DNA of 48,388 nt from Octopus bimaculoides (taxonomy: Eukaryota): contig NC_068981.1 in the NCBI RefSeq assembly GCF_001194135.2, positions 147,533,353-147,581,740 of the forward strand, written 5' to 3'. Of the stretch, positions 37,667-48,388 are shown piece by piece. The position numbers and the translations under genes were made by a program. How positions within the stretch are numbered: the first letter of the stretch is position 1; every line of letters starts with the position of its first letter. The notes under the pieces were generated by a model. The model was not told the origin of the DNA. It saw nothing but the letters and a program-made list of their open reading frames with translations, and searched no databases.

Positions 37667-38849
37667 ACGATGGGAGGGATAACTTCCCTTGGCAAACAGG
37701 ACACAGTAGTGTGTGATAAACCAGCTGGAGGAGATGTCCTCCTGGGGCTAAAAGCAACAGTAACATCCACCCCTAGGGGTCAGCCACACTTAAGTGGCAA
37801 TATACTTCACATTATTATAACAATTTCTACTGATTATAACTCACTTTATAATAAATTGATACATTACTTCTGCATTTCAGAGAATTATCAGATGTGGATG
37901 AATTTTACATTAAAACTATATATAATTTTCAAATAACTGTATTGGAATGATTGAAATAACAAGAGTATTTCTGATGGCTTTAAAATTTATGAGACTATGT
38001 TAGGAAAATGGTGATATAGTATGAAGAAATGGAACCTGTGTTTTGAGTCCAGAGAATACAAGTAATTCCTAAAGTTAGATTGATGAATTTGTCTGATGAG
38101 ACAATTGATTAAAATTAAAATTTTAATCATTCTAAGGATTGAGATAATTCATCAATTTGATTAAAGGAAAGATTGTAAAAAATATAAGTGAGGATATTTT
38201 GAGATGGTTATTTTTCTTTTCTAAAAGGACTTCTTTGAAAATCTTTGACTTCATAATTAACAAAAAATTTCTAATTTATTTGAGATTAAAAAAAAAAAAA
38301 TTATTCAGAACAGACTGCTCCTCATGTCCTTTACATGCTCTTCCCAGATAGCTATGGTCGACGCACTTAATTAAGTGCAGCTTCAAAACTGCACTTAACA
38401 CTTTGATAAGTTCTTTGTCTGGAGAGGAAGGATTCAGCAAGTATCAAGTGCAGGCTTCAAGAAGGTGACACATTAAGAATAATGAGAGGTGAAAAAGAGG
38501 TAAATGGATCAGGTGGGCTTGGGGGTGATAACTATATAACTTGCCGGTTTAGTAGAGCAAAATCCATTAAAGTAGCTGAAAGAAATAAGTATGTCAGTGA
38601 ACTAGTAGATGTTATGTAGCGATAAGTGAATCATTGCCTATTGGCTGAACGGTCTTTTTTGTAGTCTTGGACAATGTTTCTCATAGGGAGAGGAATGAAT
38701 ATAAGGAGTGTAAAGTGGGACAAACAAAAGCAGAGAAAGGAAAGTATATTTTGTTGTACTTCCAACTTTAAAATAATGGCAAAGAAAAAAAAATTATAAG
38801 GATGCAAATGTTATCTTCTCATTACTAAGGAGCAGAGGCACAAAAAAAA

Positions 38850-40220
38850 TCTTGCTAATATTTGGTGGAGTGGATCTGGTATTTGTCATTTTGAGAATCT
38901 CTGGTCTAAAGTGTTTCTGTTTGTAGTAGTAATTACACTGTTCTAAATATGTGAGCAATACTTCAGCATGGGTCACATTTGAACTTCAGAGACAGCATCT
39001 GATTAGAATTAATGGAATGAGACAATTGGACCTGATTATTTGGACCTTCATAATTTGACATGGTAGACTAGGCATTCAACCTCCTTTGGCAACAGTACAT
39101 TTGATAATAACAGCAAACACACAGAAATATATACATATAGGTAAGGTGAGAGAGACATTGCACATACATACAAACATAACTAGATGCTTATGCACATAAA
39201 CAGAGAGTGAGAACAAGTCACTGTATGATGTTAAGTCTGCATTGAATCAATGAATCCAAAATGATGGTATCAAAATGGCTGTGCCAAAACGTCTCATACC
39301 CTAGAACTGAAGTATCTTTTAGTTAAAGAGATGAAATCTAGTCTTTGGAGTCTGGTTTTGGCAATGCTATATACATGTGGTCTTTCCATGAAAATGGTTA
39401 TTAAATTATAGCATGGTAAGTTCAAGGATTTTAGCTGTGTGTTGTTTATGTGTGAGGATAGTGAGGCACAAGACTGTTTTCTTGCTACATGTAATGATTG
39501 TGTCTTGGTACTATTGAAGGACGTTTTCAATCTCTCTATGAAGGATTTATATGCAGTAAATGCCACTGAATTAAGCAAAAAAAAACCACTTGAACATTAT
39601 ACTGTATAAAGATCTGGATAACCCTACAACACAGTAAAAAATACATATGATAAGCTGCTGTTTGAAAATCTTTAAGTTCTCAAATATGAAATGCAGAATG
39701 AAGGTTGCAACAGCATTAAAAGCAGTGCTCCATCATGATTACAGTCAATTAGCTACAATTAGTAAAATGATAAAAAAGCAACAAAGATATTTAATTTATC
39801 AATCCAGGATTTTGATTAAACTGACCCTGTTAAGATTTGAACTGAGATATAAACTACAAGATATATCAGAATTCAACCATTCTGATTTATGTTTGTTGTG
39901 TTGGACTTCTTTGAAGTGTATTCAGTAAACACTTTCCTGATATGTGTAATGATAGTGTCTTGGTACTGTTGAAGGATGTTTTCGATCTCTGTTTATGGAG
40001 TAGAATGAATGAAGAGTCTCGGTTATGTGTGGAAGACAACTGGGTATGCAAGATAGCATCATCTACATAGGCGTATGTAGTGTTAGAAGTGACAGCGGAG
40101 AAGCCATTAATGTACAGAAGACAAACATTGAGTTATCCTGATTAGCTCTGTTCAAACAAGCTTCTGTGATTAGTATTCTAGTTAAGACATTGCATCTTTA
40201 TTATGGGATGGCATATATTA
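38850..40220 (-). mobile_element. Fragmented CR1-like LINE RT region interrupted by two insertions
   Basis: At about 40040-40130 the minus strand gives LLYINGFSAVTSNTTYAYVDDAILH (degenerate YADD). At 39300-39535 it gives FNSTKTQSL...HVYSIAKTRLQRLDFISLTKRYFSS. Weaker remnants continue to about 38850. Confidence 0.6.
39542..39926 (+). repeat. Dispersed duplicate of about 385 bp; the other copy is at 44011-44397
   Basis: Colinear similarity from CAGTAAATGCCAC through GAAATGCAGAATGAAGGTTGCAACAG to GTTGGACTTC...GAAGTGTATTCAGT, with many substitutions. Confidence 0.8.
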
Positions 40221-40812
40221 AGATTTAGAACTAAGAAGACATAGTCTCTATTTTAAAGACTGTGCAGAAGTTCTTTTTTTTTTTTGTAAGAAAACTTTAC
40301 TGTTTGATTGTGTAAATTGAATAACTAGTTTAAAGCTCCCTTATTAGGTCACATAACTATAAAAATGTTTGGTATTTTCAACAATGTTCATATTTTTATA
40401 ACATAGAACCACTTGTGTTTGAAAGGATAAAATAAGAAAATATATATGTCAGTAGAAACATTAATAAAAAAGAATTATAAATTTGCAATGAAAATAAGAA
40501 ATATTTAATGGGATATTCTTGTAATGTATCATCTTCATCATGTTGTTAACATGATGGATAGAATTAGTTCCAGCAAATATATATACATATGTGTGTGTAT
40601 GTGTATGCATACATGCATGTGTATATATACATACATGTATACACACACACACACACATTTATGTATTTGTTTTGCAACTTCTTGATGTGAAATTGTGTGT
40701 TGAAATAGATATCATTATATTTGGGAATGGTCATCTTTTGCCATTAAACACATGCACTATTTATTTAATCTTTACCTTAGCTTTATTATTATTATTATTA
40801 TTATTATTAGTT

Positions 40813-41205
40813 CTGGCAGAAACGTTAGCATGCCGGGCGAAATGCTTAGCGGTATTTCGTCTGTCTTTACGTTCTGAGTTCAAATTTCGCCGTGGTCGAC
40901 TTTGCCTTTCATCCTTTCAGGGTCGATAAATTAAGTACCAGTTACGCACTGGGATCGATGTAATCGACTTAATCCGTTCGTCTGTTCTTGTTTGTTCCCT
41001 CTATGTTTAGCCCCTTGTGGGCAATAACGAAATAGGTATTTCGTCTGTCTTTATGTTCTGAGTTCAAATTCTGTTGAGGTTGACTTTGCCTTCCATCCTT
41101 TCAGGGTCAATAAATTAAGTACCAGTTGCATACAGGGTCAATCTAATCAACTGGACTCCTCCCCCAAAATTTCGGGCCTTGTGCCTAGAGTAGAAAAGAT
41201 TATTA
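40813..41205 (+). mobile_element. Young tRNA-derived SINE (family A) followed by a second partial copy
   Basis: A-box-like TGGCAGAAACGTTAGC, B-box-like GAGTTCAAATT, central GTCGACTTTGCCTTTCATCCTTTCAGGGTCGATAAATTAAGTACCAG, and an (ATT)n tail. Decayed copies occur at about 6972-7170(+), 7185-7390(+), 22150-22350(-), 22690-22870(-), 33580-33720(+), 43780-43970(-), 44430-44620(-) and 44870-45000(-). Confidence 0.8.
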
Positions 41206-41483
41206 TTATTAGTTGATTTGTCAAAGTTTTTTTGTCACATTCTGTGACCTCTACAGCAACTTTCTGCATCTTGTGTCTCCTCTTCTCTCTAGTCTTGTCT
41301 TGTCTATTCCATTTTGTCTTTCTGTGGTATGCACCCCCATCTGCATGTGTGTTTACATTTACAACTGTGTGTGTGTCTCTGTGTGTTTAGTATGTGTATG
41401 TGTGTCTTGTGTGCATGTATATAAGTTTGTATATTACACTGTTTGTACCTGAATCTTTTTTCTTTTCTTTTCTCATTCTGTCT

Positions 41484-41610
41484 TTAGTAATTATGTTGTA
41501 TAATGTGGTGGAGTAGGTGGGGGGGTGTTATTACTCCATTTGTATTTTCTGTTGAGGCTCGGTCTATTTTCTGTTTTGTGTGTAGCCTCTGTAATCTGTC
41601 TGAGTGTTGT
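41484..41610 (-). mobile_element. Inverted copy of the Penelope-like element 3' end (inverted pLTR-type segment)
   Basis: The reverse complement encodes TLRQITEATHKTENRPSLNRKYKWSNNTPHLLHHIIQHNY*, which is homologous to about 42183-42245 (ACACTCAGACAGATT...AGAAAATAGACC...CCTCAACAGAA). Confidence 0.7.
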
Positions 41611-41659
41611 GTCTGTTCTACATAGATCATTACATCTATGTTATCTACTGAGCCCCCAA

Positions 41660-42270
41660 TTATGCAAATGGGATCTGTCCACTATACAAGAGTAAATCAT
41701 AGAATAATACAGAAGGAGTTAAGAGGAAGATAGGTAAGGCCAACTCATGGTATGACAACCAAAGATATCAGAGTGTCATGTTTGTTGATGGATGCAAACT
41801 AACAATCATTTTAGAAAAGCCTTAGGTAAGATTAATCTATGGATTAAAGTAATAGAAAGACCAGGAACTCCCATCAAAACTCTGATCTGTAGAATATACC
41901 CATTTGTAAAAAAACTCTGTATGAATAGGAACTGTATAGTGTGTAGAGTAAGCCCACAGATAAACTGTAAAACTAGGAATGTTGTCTATAGTATAAGGTG
42001 TGCAGAGGGATGATGCAGTAATAGGACAACAAAGTACACTGGAGAGACAGCCTGTAGCATAGGTGAGAGGATAAGTGATACTGACAGGAATTCAAGGAGG
42101 AGAAAAGCCATCAGTAGTATACCCATGTGCTAAATTAGAACATAGGGGCTTGGTAGATAATATAGATGTTAAGATGTTGTTGACACTCAGACAGATTATG
42201 GAGGTCACACACATAAAAGAAAATAGACCAACCCTCAACAGAAGACTACAGCAAAGCAAACACTGGAGTA
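41660..42270 (+). mobile_element. Penelope-like retroelement remnant (linker plus GIY-YIG endonuclease, with stop and frameshift)
   Basis: Translates as ...IKVIERPGTPIKTLICRIYPFVKKLCMNRNCIVCRVSPQINCKTRNVVYSIRCAEG*CSNRTTKYTGETACSIGERIS, then a frameshift to EKPSVVYPCAKLEH...LRQIMEVTHIKENRPTLNR. This shows the VVY-x-I-x-C / Y-x-GET / R-x-I-x-E...LN pattern of PLE GIY-YIG domains, preceded by a Cys cluster. Confidence 0.8.
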
Positions 42271-42429
42271 CAATGCAATACTTGGACCCATCAGATTCTG
42301 TCAAATTGCCCATGTGTATATATATCTATCTATCTATCTATATATATATATATATATATATATATNNNNNNNNNNNNNNNNNNNNNNNNNNNNNNNNNNN
42401 NNNNNNNNNNNNNNNTATATATATGTATA

Positions 42430-43440
42430 CAGGGTGTGGCAAATAAATTGCCGTCTGAATTACGCAAAAATGAAAATAACACTGACATCTCATTTTAACA
42501 GATATATTTACCAAAATTACATAAAAATATCTTGAAATACTAAAGATTAACTTTATCCAATAAAATTGCCATTGGCTTCAACCATGGCCTCCAGATGGCT
42601 TTGGAATCTCCTGCAACTCTTCTAGATGGTCTCCTTGTTTAAGTTGGTGAATACTGCTATAATCCTTGCCTTCAGTTCATCTTTAGTGTTACAAGGAATT
42701 TTGTTGGTCTCTCGCTCAACTGTGGGTTGCAGTCTGGGGAAGTAGGTGGCCACATGTTAGATGTAATGTGGTAGAAATTGTCTGACAGCCATGACTGGGT
42801 TCGCCTGCTTGGTGACATGGTGCAGAGTCTTGTTGCCAGATATAGGGTCTTCCAGCAGCCACCCTCTTGACCCAGGACAGCACTACCTCCTCCAGGCATT
42901 TGATGTAGGCCTCTGTGTTGAGTGTAAGGCCATGTGGGAAGATGAATGGAGGCATAATGTTGCCATCACTAGTGATCACTCCAAACACTATAATGTTGAT
43001 TGGATGTTTGATTTTTATCACACTTGGTACATGTTTTGGGGACACAGTAAGCTAACAGTTCTGTGTGTTCACCATCTGATCCTGGCAGAATTTTTCCGTC
43101 TGGGTAAAACCAAAGCATGTTCAGTTGAGTTTGTTCAAAAGCTTTGTAGCACAGTCTTTCCTCTTGTTAATCGCTTGGGATAAAAATTGGCCCTTTCTCA
43201 TCTTGTATGAGGAATACTGAATGTCTTCATGCACTACTTGCCTGATAAGAAACTCAGACACTCCCATATCTCTGGTGATGAACCTGATTGACCTGGAGGA
43301 ATTGTTGTCAATGGCCTGGATCTCACCAACAAATTTATGAGTTTTTTTCTTATCAGAACGATCAGATTGAGTTTTCCAAACTGCTCTACCTTCATAATCA
43401 CCATTAGACTCATCCAACTCTTTCCGAATGCTCTGCAACA
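42430..43440 (-). mobile_element. Tc1/mariner-superfamily remnant, maT/DD37D-like
   Basis: ORF fragments include SRSIRFITRDMGVSEFLIRQVVHEDIQYSSYKMRKGQFLSQA, IVFGVITSDGNIMPPFIFPHGLTLNTEAYIKCLEEVVLSWVKRVAAGRPYIWQQDSAPCH and NMWPPTSPDCNP. The 3' TIR CAGGGTGTGGCAAATAAA follows TA at 42428-42429. The 5' TIR was not seen. Confidence 0.82.
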
Positions 43441-46400
43441 ACAACAACAAAGCCTAGTTTTCATTGCTTGTATGGGTCAGTTGGAATTCATTGAGGTGGG
43501 TTTTTTTTATGGCTGGACATCTTTCCTGTCACCAGCCTTTACTTGTATACATACTAGGATATATTTCCCCATGACAGTACACTTTTCCCTAAAAAACTGG
43601 AAATAACAATACTGCTTGTATGATGGCGATACTCATTTACAACTATTTTGTTATGTCCAGAAGTGGACAAACATGCACATATACACATATATACATATCG
43701 ACATATATACATACAACTGATTTTTTTTAGCTTCTGTCTACCGAATTCACTCATAAAAAATAATTTCTCTTTTAATATTGGTTTCAAATTTCGGCACAAA
43801 GCCAGCAATTTCGGTGGTGGAGACATGCTGATTATATTGATCCCATTGCTCAGCTGGTATTATTTTATTGACCCAAAAGGATGAAAGACAAAGTTGATCA
43901 CAGCAGAATTTGAACTCAGAATGTAAAGATGGACCTTACTTGGCATGCTAATGATTCTGCTAGCATGGCGGCATTTTCCCTTTTAACATTACCCTGCAAA
44001 AAAACAGAAAGGGTTTGTATACAGTAAATGCCACCAAATTAAAAAAAAAACACTTGGACATTATACTGCATACAGATCTGGATAGTCCTACAACACAGCA
44101 AAAAATATACACAATAAGGTGCTGTTTGAAAATCTTTTAATTCCCAAATATGAAATGCAGAATGAAGGTTGCAACAGTCTTAAAGACAGTGCTCCATCAT
44201 GATAATAGTCAGTTAGGTATAACTAGTAAAATAATAAAAAGGCAACAAAAATATTTAATTTATTAATCCAGGATTTTGATTGAATTGATACCACTAAGAT
44301 TTGTACTGAGATATAAGCTACAAGATATATCAGAATTCAGGGGTTAATCATTCTGATTTATATCCATTGTGTTGGACTTCATGGAAGTGTATTCAGTTAC
44401 TCATTGTAAGCATTTAATTTTAAAATTCATATTGGTTTCAGACTTTGGCATAAGGCCAGCAATTCCAGGGGAGAGGAAAGCTGATTACATTGACCCCAGT
44501 GCTCAGCTGGTACTTATTTTATCAACCCTAAAAGGATGAAAGGCAAAATCGACTGTAGTGGAAATTGAACTCAGAACATATGCCCAGCATGCTAGTGATT
44601 CTGTCAGCACACCACCTTAATTTTATGATTTATATTACCTCAAGAATTGAAAGCTTAGAATCTAGCCTTAGCATCATCTCTATTGGCATTCCATTCTGTA
44701 CTTCACATTAGTCCATCCTTGAAGACTTCCAGTTGCATCTCAGGTATTTTTGTTAGAAGGTGGCATTGAATCTTCACTCAACTCTTTTTCCTTTCTAAAG
44801 AAAGGGATGCTATGCTGTGAAACATCCCTAATGACCCTTCTCATGGTACAACATATCAGAGTCAAAGAAAATCAACTGGTACTTTATTTATCATCTCTAG
44901 AAGGACGTGAAGCAAAGCTAACTTTGATAAGATTTGAACTCAGAGCTGGAACAAATACTGCATGGCATTTTATCTGATACTCTAAAGATGCTGCTAATTT
45001 CCCACCTTATTCTGCTGAGCATTAAGATTTGATAAAAAGAAAATAAATTTAGCTACTGTATTAATAAGTTGAGTGACATATATAGAAAGTCTCTAATTGT
45101 CTTTGAAGTTATGCTGCTAACTTCAAGAAATGCTTTAGTCAGCAATTTACTGAAGATACATAATAGAAAAATAAAGAAATTTTATAGATATTTCATATAA
45201 CATTTCTTCAGAAATTCTTCTTTCAAAACTGTATGCAGAGATATTTTGAAAATGTACTGCTGTTTCTCATAATAGAATTTAACTTAGCTTGCGTATGCAT
45301 TAATTTATTTTGTATTGTTATTATTCAGCTCCAGATCAGTCCTGATCAAACAAACCCAAGATCAAAGACAGTCCATTCATGATCAACTCATATTTTTTAT
45401 TTTCAGTCTTTAAGATGGTAGACAGTGGGTTGAGGGAAAGTTGGCTGCTATTTCTAGTGGACCAAACGACCACATAGAGGCTCCTTTGATGGCTTGATTT
45501 ACTTCATTAAACTTGTTCTAATGAACAATCTTACTCATAGAATGAAAAGGGTTTTGTGTAGTTAGAAATGTGGAAACACAGCATAGCAACATAGTCAAGG
45601 CTGAACTTAAAAATGGTGCATTAACCACACTAGTATTCTTATGTTATTGATAGCTCACAATACATTTACAAGAAGGAGCCATGACAATACATTACATCAC
45701 ACACCATAAAATAAAGGTAGATAGAGGGATTTAAAACATTTTATCCAAAACAATGAGATTAATCATTGAAACTATATGAATAGCACAATGCAAGGCAAAA
45801 TACACATGCATATATTGTACAGTGATAACGAAAAAAGACCACTCTCTGATATAGGATAAAATAAGAAAGGGAGAAATATCAATACTTAGCCCCAAGCCAA
45901 CCAAAGCCTTGTGAGTGGATTCAGTAGATTAGATAGAAACTAAATGAAGCTTGTCACGTGTGTGTGTGTGTGTGTGCATGAGGGTGTTTGTGTCTTGTGA
46001 CTGAATGATTGTTTGCCATAATACCAAGCATCACCATAATACAAGCAGTGTTATTTGTTTCCCATCTTCTGTGGAAACATATTAAGCTATGGAGAAATAT
46101 TAACTTAATTGGAAGTAGATGAGTTGGTGACAGGAAGAGTATCTGCCCTTAGAAAATCTGCCCAGCAAATTCCATCTGATCCATGCAGGCATGAAAAGTA
46201 AGCATTAAAATGAGGATGATGTTAATAATGATGATGATGATGATATGCACACTCATATGTAGGTAAATGTGAATAGAGTGTAGTCAAAAATATACATGCA
46301 TATCATCATGTTGCATGTTTGCTTATCTTTCCAGCCTTAGATCCAACTTTTCAAACGTTTTTCATTTTTTACCTTGGAAAAAGTGACCATAGTGTATCTC

Positions 46401-46699
46401 TCTCTTTAAGAAACATAAAATATTACAGTTCCTCATTCTAACAACTGTGAGTTTCCTTTTTTCCGGAAACACAAATGCTCCTACTTTTCAACAACACTAT
46501 CATTAACGTTAAGATCACTCACAAAGGAATCCCCTATGTGACTGTTAAACTCCCTCTTATCTTATGCTACTGTCTTCAAATAAGAAGGACATGTTATAAT
46601 AATGATAGTGAAATTATTGTGTATAGTGCTCAGGTGCACTATAACTCATCAAAAGAGCATGTATAGTACAGAGAATTATGTGCAAAAGTCAGGAAAGTG

Positions 46700-47380
46700 A
46701 ACAGTGTATGAGTCATGATACACATGTATGCATATATCAGGTATAGTGTTGGTAAATTTCAGGAAGCATGGAGGTTTTAAAGGATGCAATGTCTCAGCAG
46801 CTAACAACTGATGCAGGTAATTTGTTCCATGTTTCAGCAACTCTGAGTGTGAAAAAATGTTTCCAAAAGTCATGAGAGCTGTGCTGTTTTCAAACTTTGT
46901 AGGCATGCCAACATGTGTTAGGACACATGGAGTTCAAAAAAGTGCTCAAGGTAGTTGTTGGCATGATGGTTAATAATTTTGTGGGTGTTTACCAAGTCAG
47001 TTGCCAGACGTTGGAGCTTCAATGTATCTATGCCCAGGGATATGCCTGGTGGAGGCAATTCACTTGGCTGCATGTCTCTGAACAGTTTCCAGGAGGTCAA
47101 TGTCCTGAGCAAGTTAGGGGTTCCAGACTGGAGATGCAAATTCCAAGTGTGGCCACACCATAGCCATATACAACCTTAAATAGATAGCTGGAGAGCGACT
47201 GACAAACATCTTACTGAGTGATGCCAAGACACTCTCAACCTTCTTGACAATTTTAGAGATGTGCTTTGCCCAGCATAAATTGCTGCTGACAGTAATGCCC
47301 AGATCATGTTCACAAGAAGACTTCTTGATAAACAAGTATGTCATTTTTCTACATAGTCTCCTTCTTTTTTGATGCACTTA
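46700..47380 (-). mobile_element. CR1/L2-like LINE 3' fragment (RT C-terminal region)
   Basis: Remnants EHDLGITVSSNLCWAKHISKIVKKVESVLASLSKMFVSRSPAIYLRLYMAMVWPHLEFASPVWNP, LKLQRLATDLVNTHKII and FFTLRVAETWNKLP match the CR1-group post-RT motifs (DLGV...HLEYA...VW.P; FFS.RV...WN.LP). Confidence 0.8.
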
Positions 47381-47399
47381 CTCCAGCAGTCCACAAGCT

Positions 47400-48082
47400 T
47401 GTATATTTGAGTCTCAAAAAAGGGTTAGCATCACCTTTCCCATGGAAAACTGAGTCTTGAATTTCTTTGTTGCTGGCAAGCCAGGATGTTTCCACTCCAT
47501 ACTCTGTCTTTTAGATTCTGCCTCATAATGACAGACCCATGTCTCATCTCCTGTGACTATTCTGCTCAAAACCTCTTCACCCTCATTGTTGTAGTGATTG
47601 AGTAAATGTTGGCAGACCTCAAGACGTTTGCGCTTGTGCTCTGCAGTAAGCTCTCTTGGCACCCATCTTGCACAGACTTTATGGAAGTCGAGCTCATCGT
47701 GGATGATTTGATAGGCAGAACCATGACTAATCTGCAGAAAATGAGCTACCTCATTGATGATAACCAGTTCACCATTACCATCTTTTGAGCTTGCTGAATC
47801 TTTTTGTCAGTGGTAGAGGGTGATCGGTATCCTGACATACCTGACACACCTTCTGACCAGAGAAATCAGATTACTACTCTTTGATTTTCTTTGGTGCACA
47901 TTGCTAGTGGAGCAGCCTTGCTTACACTGTAAATCCAGAAAGAAAAATGGCGCCATCTAGCTCAAAACTTCGATAATGTAACCGCAATAGTACCAACTAT
48001 AAGTACACATGCACAGGAGGCAGTATGACAATAATAAAGATATACTATGGCGAAAGTAGGGATAATTTTTGACTTCCTCTCA
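47400..48082 (-). mobile_element. Mariner (DD34D-type) 5' half, truncated
   Basis: ORF 47414-47662 reads PRELTAEHKRKRLEVCQHLLNHYNNEGEEVLSRIVTGDETWVCHYEAESKRQSMEWKHPG...KKFKTQFSMGKVMLTLF. A TIR-like TGAGAGGAAGTCAAAAATTATCC follows TA at 48083-48084. Confidence 0.85.
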
Positions 48083-48159
48083 TATATATATAAATATATA
48101 TATGTGTGTTAAAAACATATGCATACACATGCATATATGTACATATATGAAAGTTCCTG

Positions 48160-48357
48160 TGTGTTGTAAAGTTCCTGGCTTCGAGTAAAAGAAAATACAG
48201 GAGGATCAGTCGACATATTTCCCTCTCAGATTCACACACTTATTGCAGCAGTCCTTCAATTTTTCTCTAAGCCCAATAAAAGAAATTGAAAGGTTTGACA
48301 TCCAACCAAGCCTTTCATGATACACTTAAAGCGAGGAACTTTTCAGCATCCCCTTGT
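48160..48357 (-). mobile_element. Short mariner deletion derivative (MITE-like)
   Basis: On the minus strand the right end reads TA-CAAGGGGATGCTGAAAAGTTCC and the left end carries a degenerate AAAGTTCCTGGCTT. The interior encodes a mariner C-terminus-like KDCCNKCVNLRGKYVD*. Confidence 0.6.
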
Positions 48358-48388
48358 ATACATACATACATACATACATACATACATA

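Larger units (their letters stand above)
37081..37810 (+). mobile_element. Candidate retrozyme / non-autonomous Penelope-type element with hammerhead ribozyme
   Basis: A 111-bp segment occurs at 37081-37191, 37427-37537 and 37701-37810 (period 346 between the first two copies). There is no credible ORF. Several hairpins are present (CAGTGAA/TTCACTG, CTTTTC/GAAAAG, GGAGG/CCTCC, GCCAC/GTGGC), a hammerhead lies between the repeats, and CpGs are retained although the flanks are CpG-poor. Confidence 0.72.

Noticed and set aside
37655-37936. 93-aa ORF starting in the hammerhead element
   Set aside because: The same frame is stopped in the other copies (TGT CGA TAA), and the ORF runs into AT-rich flank.
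1-48388. CRISPR arrays, rRNA, tRNA genes, prokaryotic operons
   Set aside because: None seen. The tRNA-like A/B boxes all belong to SINE heads, and the sequence is eukaryotic.

Overview
AT-rich, microsatellite-dense and transposon-dense animal genomic DNA from a draft scaffold with five N gaps. The SINE families, RTE tails and (TA)n/(TG)n density suggest an octopus or other coleoid cephalopod; this is recalled from memory and unverified. The only recognisable host-gene coding sequence is the first coding exon of a ZMYND19/MIZIP orthologue (minus strand, 29150-29200, MSSFKLGIIRLGRAAGK), and no further exons were found in the 29 kb downstream. The rest is mobile DNA: an RTE LINE 3' fragment, CR1-like LINE fragments, two mariner remnants plus a mariner MITE, a maT/DD37D-like remnant, many tRNA-type SINEs, two foldback elements and a decayed Penelope-like element (GIY-YIG endonuclease with an inverted 3' copy). 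The best signal is at 37081-37810: a small, CpG-intact, non-coding element with a 346-nt period and a 111-nt terminal redundancy. It carries a complete type I hammerhead ribozyme with an extended, bulged stem I, a palindromic stem III (ACCCGGGT) and a GUC cleavage site, which makes it a candidate retrozyme (self-cleaving circRNA retroelement). It lies about 4 kb from the Penelope-like remnant. Also notable is a young 247-bp MITE with a 9-bp TSD whose arms contain telomeric CCCTAA/TTAGGG repeats. All calls were made by eye without tools, and coordinates of decayed elements are approximate.
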